From Mobula hypostoma (Eukaryota), in NCBI RefSeq assembly GCF_963921235.1, contig NC_086101.1, positions 7,070,001 through 7,134,000 on the forward strand: DNA of 64,000 bases, read 5' to 3'. The notes under the pieces are model-generated. The model made no database searches, was not told the DNA's origin, and was given only the letters and a program-made list of their open reading frames with translations. Positions within the stretch are counted from its first letter, which is position 1, and the number at the start of each line of letters is the position of its first letter. Made by a program: the position numbers and the translations under genes. Positions 11,388-24,310 of this stretch are shown here, piece after piece.

Positions 11388-13508
11388 TTTTTTTTTCCAA
11401 AAATACTTTATTCAGAAATATTACAAAATAAAAATAATTACAGACAAGAAAAAAACATTCGTTGACTGTGAGTCCTTATTCAATAAAGTTATTAACAATA
11501 AAAATTTTGCGTTGACTCTCTGTTCATTTACAAATGAAAGATGCTTCCAATAAACCATGCATTTACTCTCAACCCTTGGTCAAGAGTTAACACTTATTAA
11601 CAATCAAATTATCAACAATAAAGGCAGGCAATGGCTCTAACACTTACCCAAATTAACAATTCCACCCACTCCTTGGGCACCATGTTGATTATCTGTCCAC
11701 ACCGGTGATGAGGGTAGGTCTCCTCCCCACTCAACCCCCCCCCCCTCCCACGGGTGATAAACCTTAAACTGTGGTCCTTCCCCACCGGGCCTTCGCGGTG
11801 GCCGCACCAAGTTTGAGTGCATCCCTCAGCACGTACTCCTGCAGCCGAGAGTGTGCCAGTCGGCAGCATTCAATCAGGGACATCTCCATCTGCTGGCAGA
11901 CCATCAAGTTTCGGGCCGACCAAAGAGCGTCTTTCACCGAATTGATGATCTGCCAGCAGCACCGGATTTTAGTCTCCGTGTGCGTCCCCGGGAACAGCCC
12001 GTAGATCACCGAGTCCTCGGTAACGCAGCTGCTGGGCATGAATCTTAGTACTGTCCCTTCCATTCTCCCCCACACCTTCTTCGCGAACCCACAGTGTGCA
12101 AAGAGGTGAGCCCCCGACTCCACCCCATTACAGTCCTCCCGTGGGCAACGGGGTGTGGAGGAACCGTTCCGGGCGTACAGGAGGGCTCTGACTGGGAGGG
12201 CCTCTCTCACCGCCAGCCAGGCGAGGTCTTTGTGCCCGTTGGTGAGATCTGGCGATGAGGCATTTTGCCAGATGAACTGGACGGTCTGCTCAGGGAACCA
12301 CCCCACTGTGTCCATCGCGTCCTTCTCCTGCAGTGCCTGCAGGACATTACGTGCCGACCACTGTCTAATGGCCCTGTGGTCAAATGCGTTGGTCTTGAAG
12401 AATTTTTCCACGAAGGACAGGTATGGCGGCAACGACCAGCTGACAGGGGTGTTGCGCGGGAAAGGGGCCAGACGCATCCTTCGTAGCCAGGGCGACAGGT
12501 AAAACCTGGGCACATAGTAGTACTTTGTGCCCACGTATCTGGGATCCACGCACAGCCTGATGCAGCCACACACGAAGCTGGCCATCAGGGTGAGGGCGAC
12601 ATTGGGGTCGTTCTTGCCCCCGTTGTCCAGGGATTTGTGCATGACGGTCCGTCTCACCCGCTCCATCTTGGATCCCCAGACGAATCTGAAGACAGCCCGG
12701 GTGATTTCCGAGCTGTAGGAGCGGGGGACGGGCCAGACCTGCGCCAAGTACAGCAGCCCTGAGAGCACCTCACACCTGATGACCAGGTTCTTGCCCGTTA
12801 TCGGCAGGGAGCGCCCTCCCCACAGTCCCAGTTTCTGTTTCACCTTGGCAGTCCGCTCCTGCCAGTTCTTGTTGCACGCCTCGGCCCCTCCGAACCAGAT
12901 CCCCAACACCTTCACGTGGTCAGACCTGATGGTGAAGGGGACGCTGGATCGGTCGGGCCAGTTGCCGAAGAGCATGGTTTCGCTCTTCTTGCGGTTGACC
13001 CTGGCCCCCGACGCTAGCTCTAACTGCTCGCAGATGCCAATCAACCTACGAACTGACCTCGGATCAGAGCAGAAGACGACGACGTCGTCCATGTACAGGG
13101 AGGTTTTCACTTGGGTCCCTCCACTGCCTGGCAGAGTCACCCCTCTTATGCCCTCAACCCTCCTGATGGCCTCGGCAAAGGGTTCTATGCAGCAGACAAA
13201 CAAGACAGCGGAGAGGGGACAGCCCTGCCTGACTCCAGACCTGATGGGGAAGCTGTCTGTTTCCCACCCGTTAACCTGGACTGCACTACGCATGTCCGTG
13301 TAGAGCAGTCTGATCCAATTCCGGATTCCCTCCCCAAATCCCATTTTGGAGAGCACGTCCGCCATGTACGTGTGCGATATCCTGTCGAAGGCTTTCTCCT
13401 GGTCCAAGCTGACCAGGCAGGCGTCCACCCCTCTGTCCTGCACGTAGGCGATGGTGTCCCTCAGCAGCGCGAGGCTGTCTGAGATCTTCCTGCCCGGTAC
13501 AGCACAGG
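11388..13508 (-). mobile_element. Tx1-clade non-LTR retrotransposon, 5'-truncated (3'UTR type A), poly(A) abutting U1 nt 40
   Basis: Open ORF2 from mid-RT to the stop at 11764: DQEKAFD, GVRQGCPLS, YMDD, C-terminal CPREDC...HLFAHC knuckle; poly(T) starting 11388; homology to the 41-44 kb copy stops at 13508. Confidence 0.93.
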
Positions 13509-14447
13509 CGAGGAGGTGCTGCAGGGTATGCTCCCTCATATTAGCCGTTCCCACCCTGGGAAATACTTCCTATGGCTTATACTGACCACCCTACGTGTGA
13601 AAAATGCATCCCTGACCCGTGTTAGATCTTTCCCTCGCACTTTAAACCGATTAGTTCTTCAGTCCCCAGTGCTGGGAAAGAGGTCTGGGCAATTAAGCCT
13701 AAAACAAGGGTTCGAAAAAAATCACAGTTGATTCTGGATGTAACTTCAAATGTCACGTAAATATAGCCTTAAAGTAAATACTTGCAAATTTAGGTCAATT
13801 GGTTTCATCGGAAGACAAGATTACGAATCAGAAGGCAACGGGATAGAATTACAGTCGTGTGTTAGCAGACTTAACCCACACAAGAAGCTGTAATGATTAA
13901 CAACTGGAATGCCAAGTTATTAGGTGAGACAGAGGACAGGAGCAAAATAGATTAGCACTGTAGCGATGTGCTACACACAGCGCTAGAATAACCACACGGA
14001 GTCGGTGAGTTAGAGTTGCGATGAAAGAGGTTTATTCAAACTTCGCGGCCCGCTTTAAAGCCTTCCCGTTCCCGCCCTCCCTGGGGCGGGACTACTGTGG
14101 GGGATGCATACTCGCAGACCCTTTCTGCGCGCGGGATTTTCCCCCTGCTGGTGAAGATGGCCTGGCGCCCTTTTTGCTGCCGGCCCTCTGCCTGCGCGCG
14201 CTGTTGTGAGCCGGTTCGTGAGTCGCCACATAACCCCCCAACCCCCCCCCCCCCCCAGAACCGGCGATACCTCCCCCAATGTCCACAGTCTGGATCGGCC
14301 TCTGTTTGGGAGGTCTGCCCCTGCGCCGCGGTGCCTGAGCCTGGACCGGTTGCGCCAAGTCCAAATGGGCCGGTTTGAGTCGGTCCACCGTGAAAACCTC
14401 CTCTCTCCCCCCAATGTCCAGCACGAACGTGGACCCGTTGTTCCTGA

Positions 14448-17325
14448 TCACCATAAACGGCCCCTCGTAGGGCCGCTGTAGCGGTGCCCGGTGTCCACCC
14501 CGTCGTACAAAAAGAAACTTACAGTTCTGCAGGTCTTTGGGTACGCAGGTCGGGCTCTGTCCGTGCTGTGAAGTGGGTATGGGGGCCAGGTTACCGAGCC
14601 TCTCCCGTAGTCTGTCCAGGACTGCTGTGAGTTCTTCCTCTTGCCCCCTTTGGGATGGTATGAACTCTCCTGGGACGACCAGGGGCGCGCCAACTCGGCC
14701 GACGAGGTGTGTAGATCCTCTTTGGGCGCCGTGCGGATTCCGAGCAGGACCCAGGGAAGTTCGTCCACCCAGTTAGGCCCCTCCAGGCGGGCCATGAGAG
14801 CCGATTTCAGGTGACGGTGGAAGCGCTCCACTAGTCCGTTCGACTGTGGGTGGTAGGCAGTTGTGTGGTGTAGCTGTGTTCCTAAAAGTCTGGCCATAGC
14901 CGACCACAGGCTGGAGGTGAACTGGGCGCCCCTGTCGGAGGTAATGTGGGCCGGTACCCCAAAGCGTGCTACCCAGGTTGCGATCAGTGCTCGGGCGCAG
15001 GATTCGGAGGTGGTGTCGCTGAGCGGGACTGCCTCTGGCCATCTGGTGAACCGGTCTATCATAGTTAGGAGGTACCGCGCTCCTCGTGACACTGGCAGGG
15101 GCCCCACGATATCCACATGGATGTGGTCGAACCTCCGGCGGGTGAGTTCGAACCGCTGCGGCGGAGCCTTGGTGTGCTGCTGCACCTTGGCCGTTTGGCA
15201 CTGCAGACACGTTTTGGCCCATTCACTGACCTGCTTACGAAGCCCATGCCACACGAACCTGTTGGAGACCAGCCGGACAGTTGTCCTGATGGAGGGGTGC
15301 GCTAAGTTGTGAATGGACTCGAAAACCCGCCGGCGCCAGGCTGCTGGGACGACGGGGCGGGATTGGCCGGTAGCTACGTCACATAGTAGGGTCCTCTCAC
15401 CTGGGCCTACGGGGAGGTCTTGGAGCTGCAAACCGGAGACTGCAGTCCTGTAACTGGGGATCTCAGCGTCTGCCTGCTGTGCCTCTGCCAGCGCTGCATA
15501 GTCCACCCCCTGGGACAGGGCCTGTATGGTAGGTCTGGAAAGTGCGTCTGCCACGACATTGTTCTTTCCAGAGACATGCCGGATGTCCGTCGTGTACTCG
15601 GAGATGTAGGACAGATGTCGCTGCTGACGGGACGACCAGGGGTCGGACACCTTAGTGAACGCAAAGGTAAGCGGTTTGTGGCCTGTGAACACGATGAAGG
15701 GCCTACCTTCTAAGAAGTACCTGAAATGCCGGATTGCCAGGTATAGTGCCAATAGCTCCCGGTCGAAAGAACTGTATTTGAGTTCGGGTGGTCGTAGGTG
15801 TTTGCTGAAGAACGCCAGGGGTTGCCAGCGACCCTCGATGAGTTGTTCCAGCACTCCACCGACTGCTGTGTTGGATGCGTCCACCGTGAGGGCAGTAGGA
15901 ACGTCCGTTCTGGGGTGCACTAGCATCGCGGCGTTTGCCAAGGCTTCTTTGGTTTTAACGAAAGCGGTTGCGGCCTCTTCGTTCCAGGTAATGTCCTTGC
16001 CCTTACCCGACATTAGAGTGAACAAGGGGCGCATGGTTCGGGCTGCTGAGGGGAGGAAACGGTGGTAGAAATTCACCATACCCACGAATTCCTGCAAGCC
16101 TTTGATTGTGTTGGGTCGGGGGAAGTGGCGGACCGCGTCTACCTTGGCGGGCAGCGGGGTTGCCCCTTCTTTAGTAATCCTGTGGCCCAGGAAGTCGATG
16201 GTGTCGAGTCCGAACTGGCATTTGGCTGGATTGATTGTAAGGCCGAATTCACTCAGGCGGGAGTAGAGCTGGCGGAGGTGGGACAGATGCTCCTGCCGAC
16301 TACTGCTGGCTATGAGGATGTCGTCCAAATAGATGAATGCAAAGTCCAGGTCGCGTCCCACCGCGTCCATTAGCCGCTGGAAAGTCTGTGCGGCGTTCTT
16401 TAGACCAAACGGCATTCGGAGGAATTCGAAAAGTGCGAACGGGGTGATAAGTGCTGTTTTGGGGATGTCGTCCGGATGTACAGGGATTTGATGGTATCCC
16501 CGGTCGAGGTCTACCTTGGAAAAGATCCTTGCGCCGTGTAGGTTTGCTGCGAAGTCTCGAATGTGCGGCACAGGGTAGCGGTCTGGCGTTGTAGCCTCGT
16601 TCAGTCTGCGGTTGTCACCGCATAGTCTCCAGCCCCCCCGTTGCCTTGGGCACCATGTGAAGGGGGGAGGCCCATGGGCTGTCGGACCGTCGTATGATCC
16701 CTAATTCCTCCATCTTCTTGAACTCCTCCTTCGCCAGTCGGAGCTTGTCCGGGGGAAGCCTTCGAGCACGGGCGTGGAGGGGTGGTCCCTGGGTCGGGAT
16801 GTGGTGCTGTACTCCGTGTCTGGGCATGGCTGCCGTGAACTGCGGTGTCAGTACTGATGGGAAATCCATCAGGACCCTGGTGAATTCATCGTCGGACAGC
16901 GTGACGGAGTCCAGGTGTGGGGCTGGCAACTGTGCTTCACCCAGGGAGAACGTTTGAAAAGTCTTGGCGTGGACTAATCGCTTCCCTTGCAAGTCGACCA
17001 GCAGGCTGTGGGCTCGTAGAAAATCCGCCCCCAGGAGTGGTTGGGCCACGGCGGCCAGTGTGAAGTCCCACGTGAACCGGCTGGAGCAGAACTGTAGCCG
17101 CACCGTGCGGGTGCTGTAGGTTCGTATTGTGCTGCCATTTGCGGCCCTCAGGGTGGGTCCCGGTTCTCTGTTGCGGGTGTCGTAACTCGCTGGAGGTAAG
17201 ACGCTGATCTCCGCTCCGGTGTCGACCAAAAGGCGGCGTCCCGACTGCTTGTCCCAGACGTACAGGAGGCTGTCCGGATGGCCAGCCGCCGTAGCCATCA
17301 GCGGCGGCTGGCCCTGGCGTTTCCC
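14448..17325 (-). pseudogene. pol: Gypsy pol (protease, RT, RNase H, integrase), two apparent frameshift lesions
   Basis: LLVDTGAEISV, SPWASP, YLDD, VDAS, NVVADALSR, HHCC zinc finger, SDRG, GLVER; frame breaks at the C-run ~16633-16639 and near 14690. Confidence 0.9.
17280..17325 (-). promoter_or_regulatory. Programmed -1 ribosomal frameshift signal (gag-pol)
   Basis: G GGA AAC slippery heptamer in the gag frame, then a 12-bp stem GGCCAGCCGCCG/CGGCGGCTGGCC; pol is in the -1 frame. Confidence 0.85.
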
Positions 17326-18002
17326 GGGAATTTGCAGGGCGGTCTGCAGCGGCGGGCCTCCGTGCCCCACCGCTGGTGGTAGAAACACCATTGTTCGTTG
17401 GGCTCCTCACTCCTGTCGCCGGGTTTTGTAGGCTCTGCTGCCGAGCCTGGTCTGGTCTGTCGTTGGGTACGCGGCTTGGTGATCTGTGCGACGGATGCCC
17501 CTCTCTCTTTCCTGGCATTCCACAGCACATCTGCTCGGGCCGCCCCCTCCCGGGGGTCGCTGAAATCTGCGTCGGACAGCATCAGGCATATGTCCTCGGG
17601 CAGTTGCTCTAGGAACGCCTGCTCAAACATGAGGCAGGGTTTGTGTCCTTTAGCCAGGGCCAGAATCTCGTTCATTAATGCTGACGGCGGCCTGTCTCCC
17701 AAACCATCCAGGTGCATTAAGCGGCGTGCTCGTTCGCGCCGTGAGAGTCCGAAAGTCCTTATGAGCAGGGCTTTGAATGCTGTGTATTTGCCGTCCTCCG
17801 GGGGCGACTGTATAAACTTCTCAACTTGTGCAGCAGTCTCCTGGTCGAGGGAGCTCAGCACGTAGTAGTAGCGAGTGGACTCCGAGGTTATCTGCCGAAT
17901 GTGGAATTGTGCTTCTGCTTGTTCGAACCATAAATGGAGTCGCAGCGTCCAGAAGCTTGGCAGTTTTAACGAAACTGCGTGAACAGATGCAACGTCGGTC
18001 AT
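17298..18002 (-). CDS. gag: Gypsy gag
   Basis: MTDVASVHAVSLKLPSFW...WFEQAEAQF...; C-terminal WCFYHQRWGTEARRCRPPC; open reading frame just downstream of the PBS. Confidence 0.88.
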   Translation of the reverse strand: MTDVASVHAVSLKLPSFWTLRLHLWFEQAEAQFHIRQITSESTRYYYVLSSLDQETAAQVEKFIQSPPEDGKYTAFKALLIRTFGLSRRERARRLMHLDGLGDRPPSALMNEILALAKGHKPCLMFEQAFLEQLPEDICLMLSDADFSDPREGAARADVLWNARKERGASVAQITKPRTQRQTRPGSAAEPTKPGDRSEEPNEQWCFYHQRWGTEARRCRPPCKFPGNARASRR

Positions 18003-18026
18003 CTCTGGTCCAAGTATCGTTTGGGC

Positions 18027-18040
18027 CGTCGGGGTCACCA
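18027..18040 (-). promoter_or_regulatory. Primer-binding site for tRNA-Trp
   Basis: TGGTGACCCCGACG is complementary to the 3' end of vertebrate tRNA-Trp (..CGUCGGGGUCACCA), 2 nt inside the 5' LTR. Confidence 0.85.
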
Positions 18041-20699
18041 ATTGTAGCGATGTGCTACACACAGCGCTAGAATAACCACACGGAGTCGGTGAGTTAGAGT
18101 TGCGATAAAAGAGATTTATTCAAACTTCGCGGCCCGCTTTAAAGCCTTCCCGTTCCCGGCCTCCCTGGGCGGGACTACTGTGGGGAATGCATATTCCCAG
18201 ACCCTTTCTGCGCGCGGGATTTTCCCCCTGCTGGTGAAGATGGCCTGGCGCCCTTTTTGCTGCCGGCCCCCTGCCTGCGCGCGCTGTTTCGTGAGCCGGT
18301 TCGTGGGTGCCAGAAAGTGGGTCTCCACAGCACTATGTATGGGGATGGGGGAGACTGGTGAGTCATATCTCTTCTGAAAGAGACTGCTGGCGAACAAGGA
18401 AACCCAGCTGAGAGCAAAAGCTACAAACAGAACCTATGGCAGGTCGCCCCCTGGAGGGGAGATTACAAACTACAGGAACATCTCCACAGCTGAGCGATAG
18501 AGACTTGGCTCCAATTCTGGCCACCACACTTTAGGAAGACAGGATTTCCCAGTGTGAGTCAAGAATTAGATTAGATTAGATTATGAGGGCACGCTGTCCT
18601 CTTTCATTGTCATTTAGTAATCCATGCATTAAGAAATTATACAATATTCCTCCGGATTAGAATCAGAATCAGGTTTATTATCACTGACGTATGTTGTGAA
18701 ATTTATTGTTCTGCAACAGCGGGAGAGTACAGTAAATTATTTCACTGTACGTAACAATAACAAAATAAATACGTGGTAGAGAATAGTGTGGGACTGTTGA
18801 TGATCCATTCAGAAATCTGACAACAGATTGACGCACCCAAACCAGAAAGCGATACAGCGATTCTGAAAGCTGTCTACGGTACGTCTGTAGAAGTTGGTTT
18901 GATTGAGGGATTGTGATTGTGTATAAGACGGGGGTGGGAGGGTGGGGGAGACGGGAGTGAAGAGGGCTGTCCTCCAAGCGAAGAAAGATCAAGTGAAGTC
19001 ATGCCGAGTTTATTCTCGTGTGTACAATGCTCCGTTACAGTCTGGAGACACGAGAGGCTGCAGATGCGGGAATCCAGAGTAACACACAGAATGCTGGAGG
19101 AAAGTCATTGAGCCAGGCAGAGTCTGTGGAGGGAAACAGACAGTCCAGTTCTGTTCAGAGGAAGGGTCTCGAGGGGAAATGTTGATTGTCTCTCTCCCTC
19201 TATAGATGCTGCCTGACCACTCCCCTGGTGAGAACCCAAACGTCCTCCCGTCACCTCCTCGCCAGCAGCTCGGGTGCTGCAATGAAAAACTTGCCTGCAG
19301 CAGCATCACAGGCTCAGACAACGGCAGGAAACTTAAATTCTACATCAATTATACAAGGCAGTGAAGAGAGTGTGCTAGAACGGATGAGGGGAGAGTAAAC
19401 GGAGGAGTTTCATATCATGAACGGTTTAACAGAGGATAGTTTCCAGTAGAAGATCAGGCAGTAAACAGTTTAATGAGGGGAAGACGGTGGAAGCAAAACA
19501 AATGGATTCTGCATCTGTAATTCTCGGTCAGATTGAACTCTGTCAATGGGATCTGATCAGGTAACTCTTGTGGGGCTGTGCTGGGGAAGAAGCTGGGGAC
19601 TGTAACTACGTAATCAGTATCTTCCCGATTGGGTGGGAGAGAAGGTTGTCTCTCACCACACTCCCGGACAGTATTCCTGTCTCAGATGGAAATGCTGGGT
19701 CTCACACTGCAGTTAGTGGGACCTTCTTCAGGAGCAAAAATTAAATTGCTGAGAGAACTCAGTGGGTCAGGCAGTATCAATGGAGACAAGCAGGTGGCCA
19801 AGTTCAAGATTCGGGAAGAAATTAGGCTGCACTGCCGGAACCCAGTAGCAAAGTACATTTCTTATCAAGGTATGTTGTAGTGTACGACCCTGGGATCTGA
19901 CTTCCCGCAGGCAGCCAGGAAAAGAAAAACACATGAAACATGTTCAAACAAAACAAACGGCCAATGTGCGAAACAAATAAATGTGGAAACAAAAAAAAAA
20001 GATCAAATAACACACATAATATTAAACATCAAACCGCAGAGTCTAGGAATGTTCAATGTAATTCAGTTCCATTCAATTTAGTACAGTGCCATCATTGACT
20101 GCAGGCCACATCGTAGTGCCCTGGTCTAAATTGCTCAAACTATCAATTTAATAAACTAAGAACTAAAAACAAGAAACACAAGTAGGCAGTTTCTAGAGTA
20201 GGTTACATGGTTGGCAGAATGTGGGTCAAAGGGCCTGTAATGTGCTGTGGATTTCTATGTCTATGCTCTATGAAGATGCAGAGTCTTGTGCCTCAGGCAT
20301 TGTTTGGTTGACGTGGCTTATGGATTGGACTCATTTATAGAGGGCTCTGACACCAAAATAGCACGTCCACGTCTCTCTAACCTTCACCGTACCTCTCCGG
20401 GTAGACCCCAACCTGAGCGTTGATTTTTCTAACAGTCCACTCTCCTCTCTTATCACATTCCTTCCTCTTTATCCCCCGTCAGGAAGAAATTAGGCTGCAT
20501 TCCCATTTCTTTGTGAATCAGATGCTTGAAGAACCAAATCAATACTGAAAAGTACCTGAAATCCACAGCAGGACAGGTAGCTTTTGAATCAATTCCAGGA
20601 GAGATCATCGATGTAGACACAAACTCTGTTCCTCTCTCCACAGATCCTGACTGACCTGTTGTGTTTCTCATGCATCTCCTGGGTATAAACTGGGTCCAA

Positions 20700-23600
20700 A
20701 ACTGAGTATGCAGTTAAAGAAGAGCACCCCTATGGCCATTCCCCTCAAAAACAAATATACTGCTTTTGATACTTTTGTGGAGATGCTCCCGGGAGAATGC
20801 CACGGCGACCGGGTTACAGTCACTGAGCATGGGTCCCTGGTGCAGAACGGAAAGAGAGAGAAGAAAGGAGCTGTAGTGATAGGGGACGCAATAGTGAGAG
20901 GAACAGGCAGGAGATTCTGAACGGGACACCCGGATGGTATGCTGCCTCCCAGGTGCCAGGGTCAGGGAAGTCACAGATCGCGTCCACAACATTCTGGAGA
21001 GTGAGGGGGAGCAGTCAGATGCCTTGGTACATATTGGTACCAACAACATCGGAAGGAAAAGTAATGAGGTCCTCAAAAGATAATTTAGAGAGCTAGGTAG
21101 AAAGCTGAGAAGCAAGCCCTCCCGGGTAGCAACTTCTGGATTTCGGCCCGTGCCATGCACCAGTGAGGGTAGAAAAAGGATGATTTGACAGAAAAATATA
21201 TGGCTGAGAAGCTGGTGCAGGGAACAGGAATTCAGGTTCTTGGATCATTGGGATCTCTTCTGGGGGAGGTATGACCAGTGCAAAGTGACTGGTTGCACCT
21301 GAACCCGAAGGGGACCAATATTCTCACGGGCAGGTTTGTTAGAGCTGTTTGGGTGTAAACTAATCTGACAGTGGGGTGGCAACCAGAGTGAAAGAATTCA
21401 AGATAGGATGGATGGTAAAAAAGTAAAGATAGCATACAGTCAGACTGACAAACAGGGCAGGCAGGTGATGGGACTTAGTTTCAGCCAATAGGCTGTGTAT
21501 CAAAACATTAGGGATGCAGAATCAGAAAGGACAGCAAATAAGGTATTCAAGGTGTTGTATCTAAATGCATGTAGTGTAAGAAATAAGGTGGAAGATATTA
21601 TTGCAAAATTACATATTGTTGGGTACGATGTTGTGGCCATCACTGAATCGTGGGTGAAAGATGATTGTCAGTGGGAGCTGAATAGAACCATAGAACATTA
21701 CAGCACAGAAACAGGCCTTTTGGCCCTTCTTGGCTGTGCTGAACCATTTTTTTGCCTAGTCCCACTGACCCACACCTGGATCATATCCTTCCATACACCT
21801 TTCATCCATGTACCTGTCCAAGTTTTTCTTAGATGTTAAAAGTGAGCCCGCATTTACCACTTCATCTGGCAGCTCATTCCACACTCCCACCACTCTCTGT
21901 GTGAAGAAGCCCCCGCTAATGTTCCCTTTAAACTTTTTCCCCCTCACCCTTAACCCATGTCCTCTGTTTTTTTTTCTCCCCTTGCCTCAGTGGAAAAAGC
22001 CTGGTTGCATTCACTCTATCCATATCCATCATAATTTTACATAATTCTATCAAAACGCCCCTCATTCTTGCACGCTCCAGGGAATAAATTCCTAACCTAT
22101 TGAACCTTTCTCTGTAAGTCAGTTTCTCAAGTGCTGGCAACATCCTTGTAATGTCCAAGGTTACACATTTTATCAGAAGGGTAGAAAAGTCTGCAGAGGG
22201 GATGGTGTGGCTCTACTGTTAAAGAATGGCATCAAATCAGTAGAAAGATGTGACATATGTTTGGAAGATGTTGAATCCTTGTGGTTTGAGTTAAGAAACT
22301 GCAAGTGTAAAAGGACATTTATATACAGGATTCCCAACAGTGGCTGGGAGGTGGAACACAGGTTACAACAGGAAATAGAAAAGGTGAGTCAAATGGGCAA
22401 TTTTATGGTAGACATGGGATATTTTAACATGCAGGTCGAATGCAAAAATCAGGTTGGTAATAGATCGCAAGAGTGAGTTTGTTGAATGCCTAAGAGATAG
22501 CTTTTTAGAGCAGTTTGTCGTTGAGCCTACTAGGGGATCAGCTATACTGGATTAGGTGTTAGATAATGAACCAGGGCTGATTAGGAAGCTTAAGGTAAAA
22601 GAACCCTTCAGAACCGGTGATCACAATATGATTGAGTTCAACTTGAAATTTGATAGAGAGAAAGTAAAGTCTGATGTAGCAGTATTTCAGTGCAGTAAGG
22701 GAAATTACAGTAGTATGAGAGGAGTTGGCAAAAGTAAATTGGAAGGAGCTGCTGGCAGGGATGTCAGCAGAGCAGCAATGGTGTGTGTTTCTGGGAAAAA
22801 TGCGCAGGACATGAGTATTCCAACAGTGAAGAAATAGTCAAATGGTAAAATAGTTCAACAGTGGTTAACAAGGGAAGTCAAAGCTATTGTAAAAACAAAA
22901 GAAACGGCACACGACAAAACAAAAATTCGTGGGAAGGTAGAGGATTAGAAAGTTTTTAAAAACCTACAGAGAACACTAAAAAAAATCATTAGAAGGGAAA
23001 AAAACGAAATATGAAAGCAAGCTAGCAAATAATATCAAAGTGGATAGGAAAAGTTTTTTCAAGTATGTTAAAAATAAAAGAGAAATAGGAGTGGATATAG
23101 GACTGCTAGAAAATGAGGCAGGAGAAATAATAACAGGGGACAAGGAGATGGCTGATGAACTAAATGAGTATTTTGCATCAGTCTTCACTGGAAGACACTA
23201 GCAGTATGTTGTAGTGCGTGAAGGAAGAGAATTGGGAGCGGTTGCTGTTACAAGAGAGAAGGTGGTCAAATAGCTGAAAAATCTAAAGGTACATAAGTCA
23301 CCGGGACCAGAGGAACTGCACCCAAGGGTTCTGAATGAGGTAGTGTTAGAGACGCTCTTTTAAAAATCACTGGGCTCTGGCATGGTGTCACTCCGCTGTT
23401 TAAAAAAGGAGGAAGGCAGCAGAAGGAAAATTATAAACCAGTTAGCCTGACCTCAGTGGCTGGGAAGATTTTAAAGGTAATTGTTGAGGATAAGGTGATG
23501 GAGTACTTGGTGACACAGGACGAGATAGGTCAAAGTTAGCATGGTCACCATCAGCGAAAACCCTGCCTGACGAACCTGTTGGAATTCTTTAAGGAGATTA

Positions 23601-24310
23601 CATGTAGGATAGATAAAATGGATGCAGTAGAAGTTGTATATTTGGATTTTCATAAGGCCTTTGACAAGGTACCACGCATGAGGCTGCTTACTGAGTGAAG
23701 AGCCCATGGTATTACAGGAAAGTTACTAACATAGTTAGAACACTGGCTCATCAGTAGGAGGCAGCGATTAGAAATAAAAAGATTCTTTTCTGGTTGGCTG
23801 CCAGTGACTAGTGGTGTTCCGCAAGGGTCACTTCTTTTTATGCTGTATATAAATGATTTAGATGATGGAATAGATTGCTTTGTTGCCAAGTTTACAGATG
23901 ATATGAAGATTGGTTGAGGGGCAGGTAGTTTTGAGGAAACAGGTAGGATGCAGAAGGACCTAGACAGATTAGGAAAATGGGCAAGAATGTGGCAAATGAA
24001 ATACAACATTGGAAAATGCATGGTCATGCAATTTGGTAGTAGAAATAAATGTGCGGACTATTTTCTAAATGGGAAAAGGTCCAAAAATCTGAGGTGCAAA
24101 GGGACTTGGGAGGTCAACTTGCAGACTGGTTCAGTGGTGAGGAAGGCAAATGCCACGTTAGCATTCATTTCAAGAGGTCTAGAATACAAGAGCAAGGATG
24201 TGATGCTGAGGCTTTATAAGGCACTGGTGAGGCCTCACCTTGAATACTGTGACAGTTCTGGGCTCCTCATCTCAGAAAAGATGTGCTGGCATTGGAGAGG
24301 GTCCAGAGGT
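20700..24310 (+). mobile_element. Near full-length degenerate CR1 (ORF1 SGNH-esterase-like plus ORF2 APE/RT), interrupted by an antisense CR1 tail (~21680-22150) and continued at 27440-27885
   Basis: VVIGDAIVRG and VHIGTNN motifs; YLNACSVRNK and VAITESW endonuclease motifs; RT remnants. Confidence 0.88.

Larger units (their letters stand above)
13959..18329 (-). mobile_element. Full-length Gypsy/Ty3 LTR retrotransposon (~4.37 kb, short gag, Mag-like)
   Basis: LTRs 13959-14230 and 18043-18329 (TG..CA), 4-bp TSD GCAC, PBS TGGTGACCCCGACG, G-rich PPT, order gag-PR-RT-RH-IN. Confidence 0.97.

Noticed and set aside
13509..13570. ccctgggaaa as a U1 TSD at the 5' end of the Tx1 copy, and the ORF start MGTANMREH
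   Set aside because: The match is short, ~45 bp from the junction and fits a decayed CR1 tail; the ORF start lies outside the element
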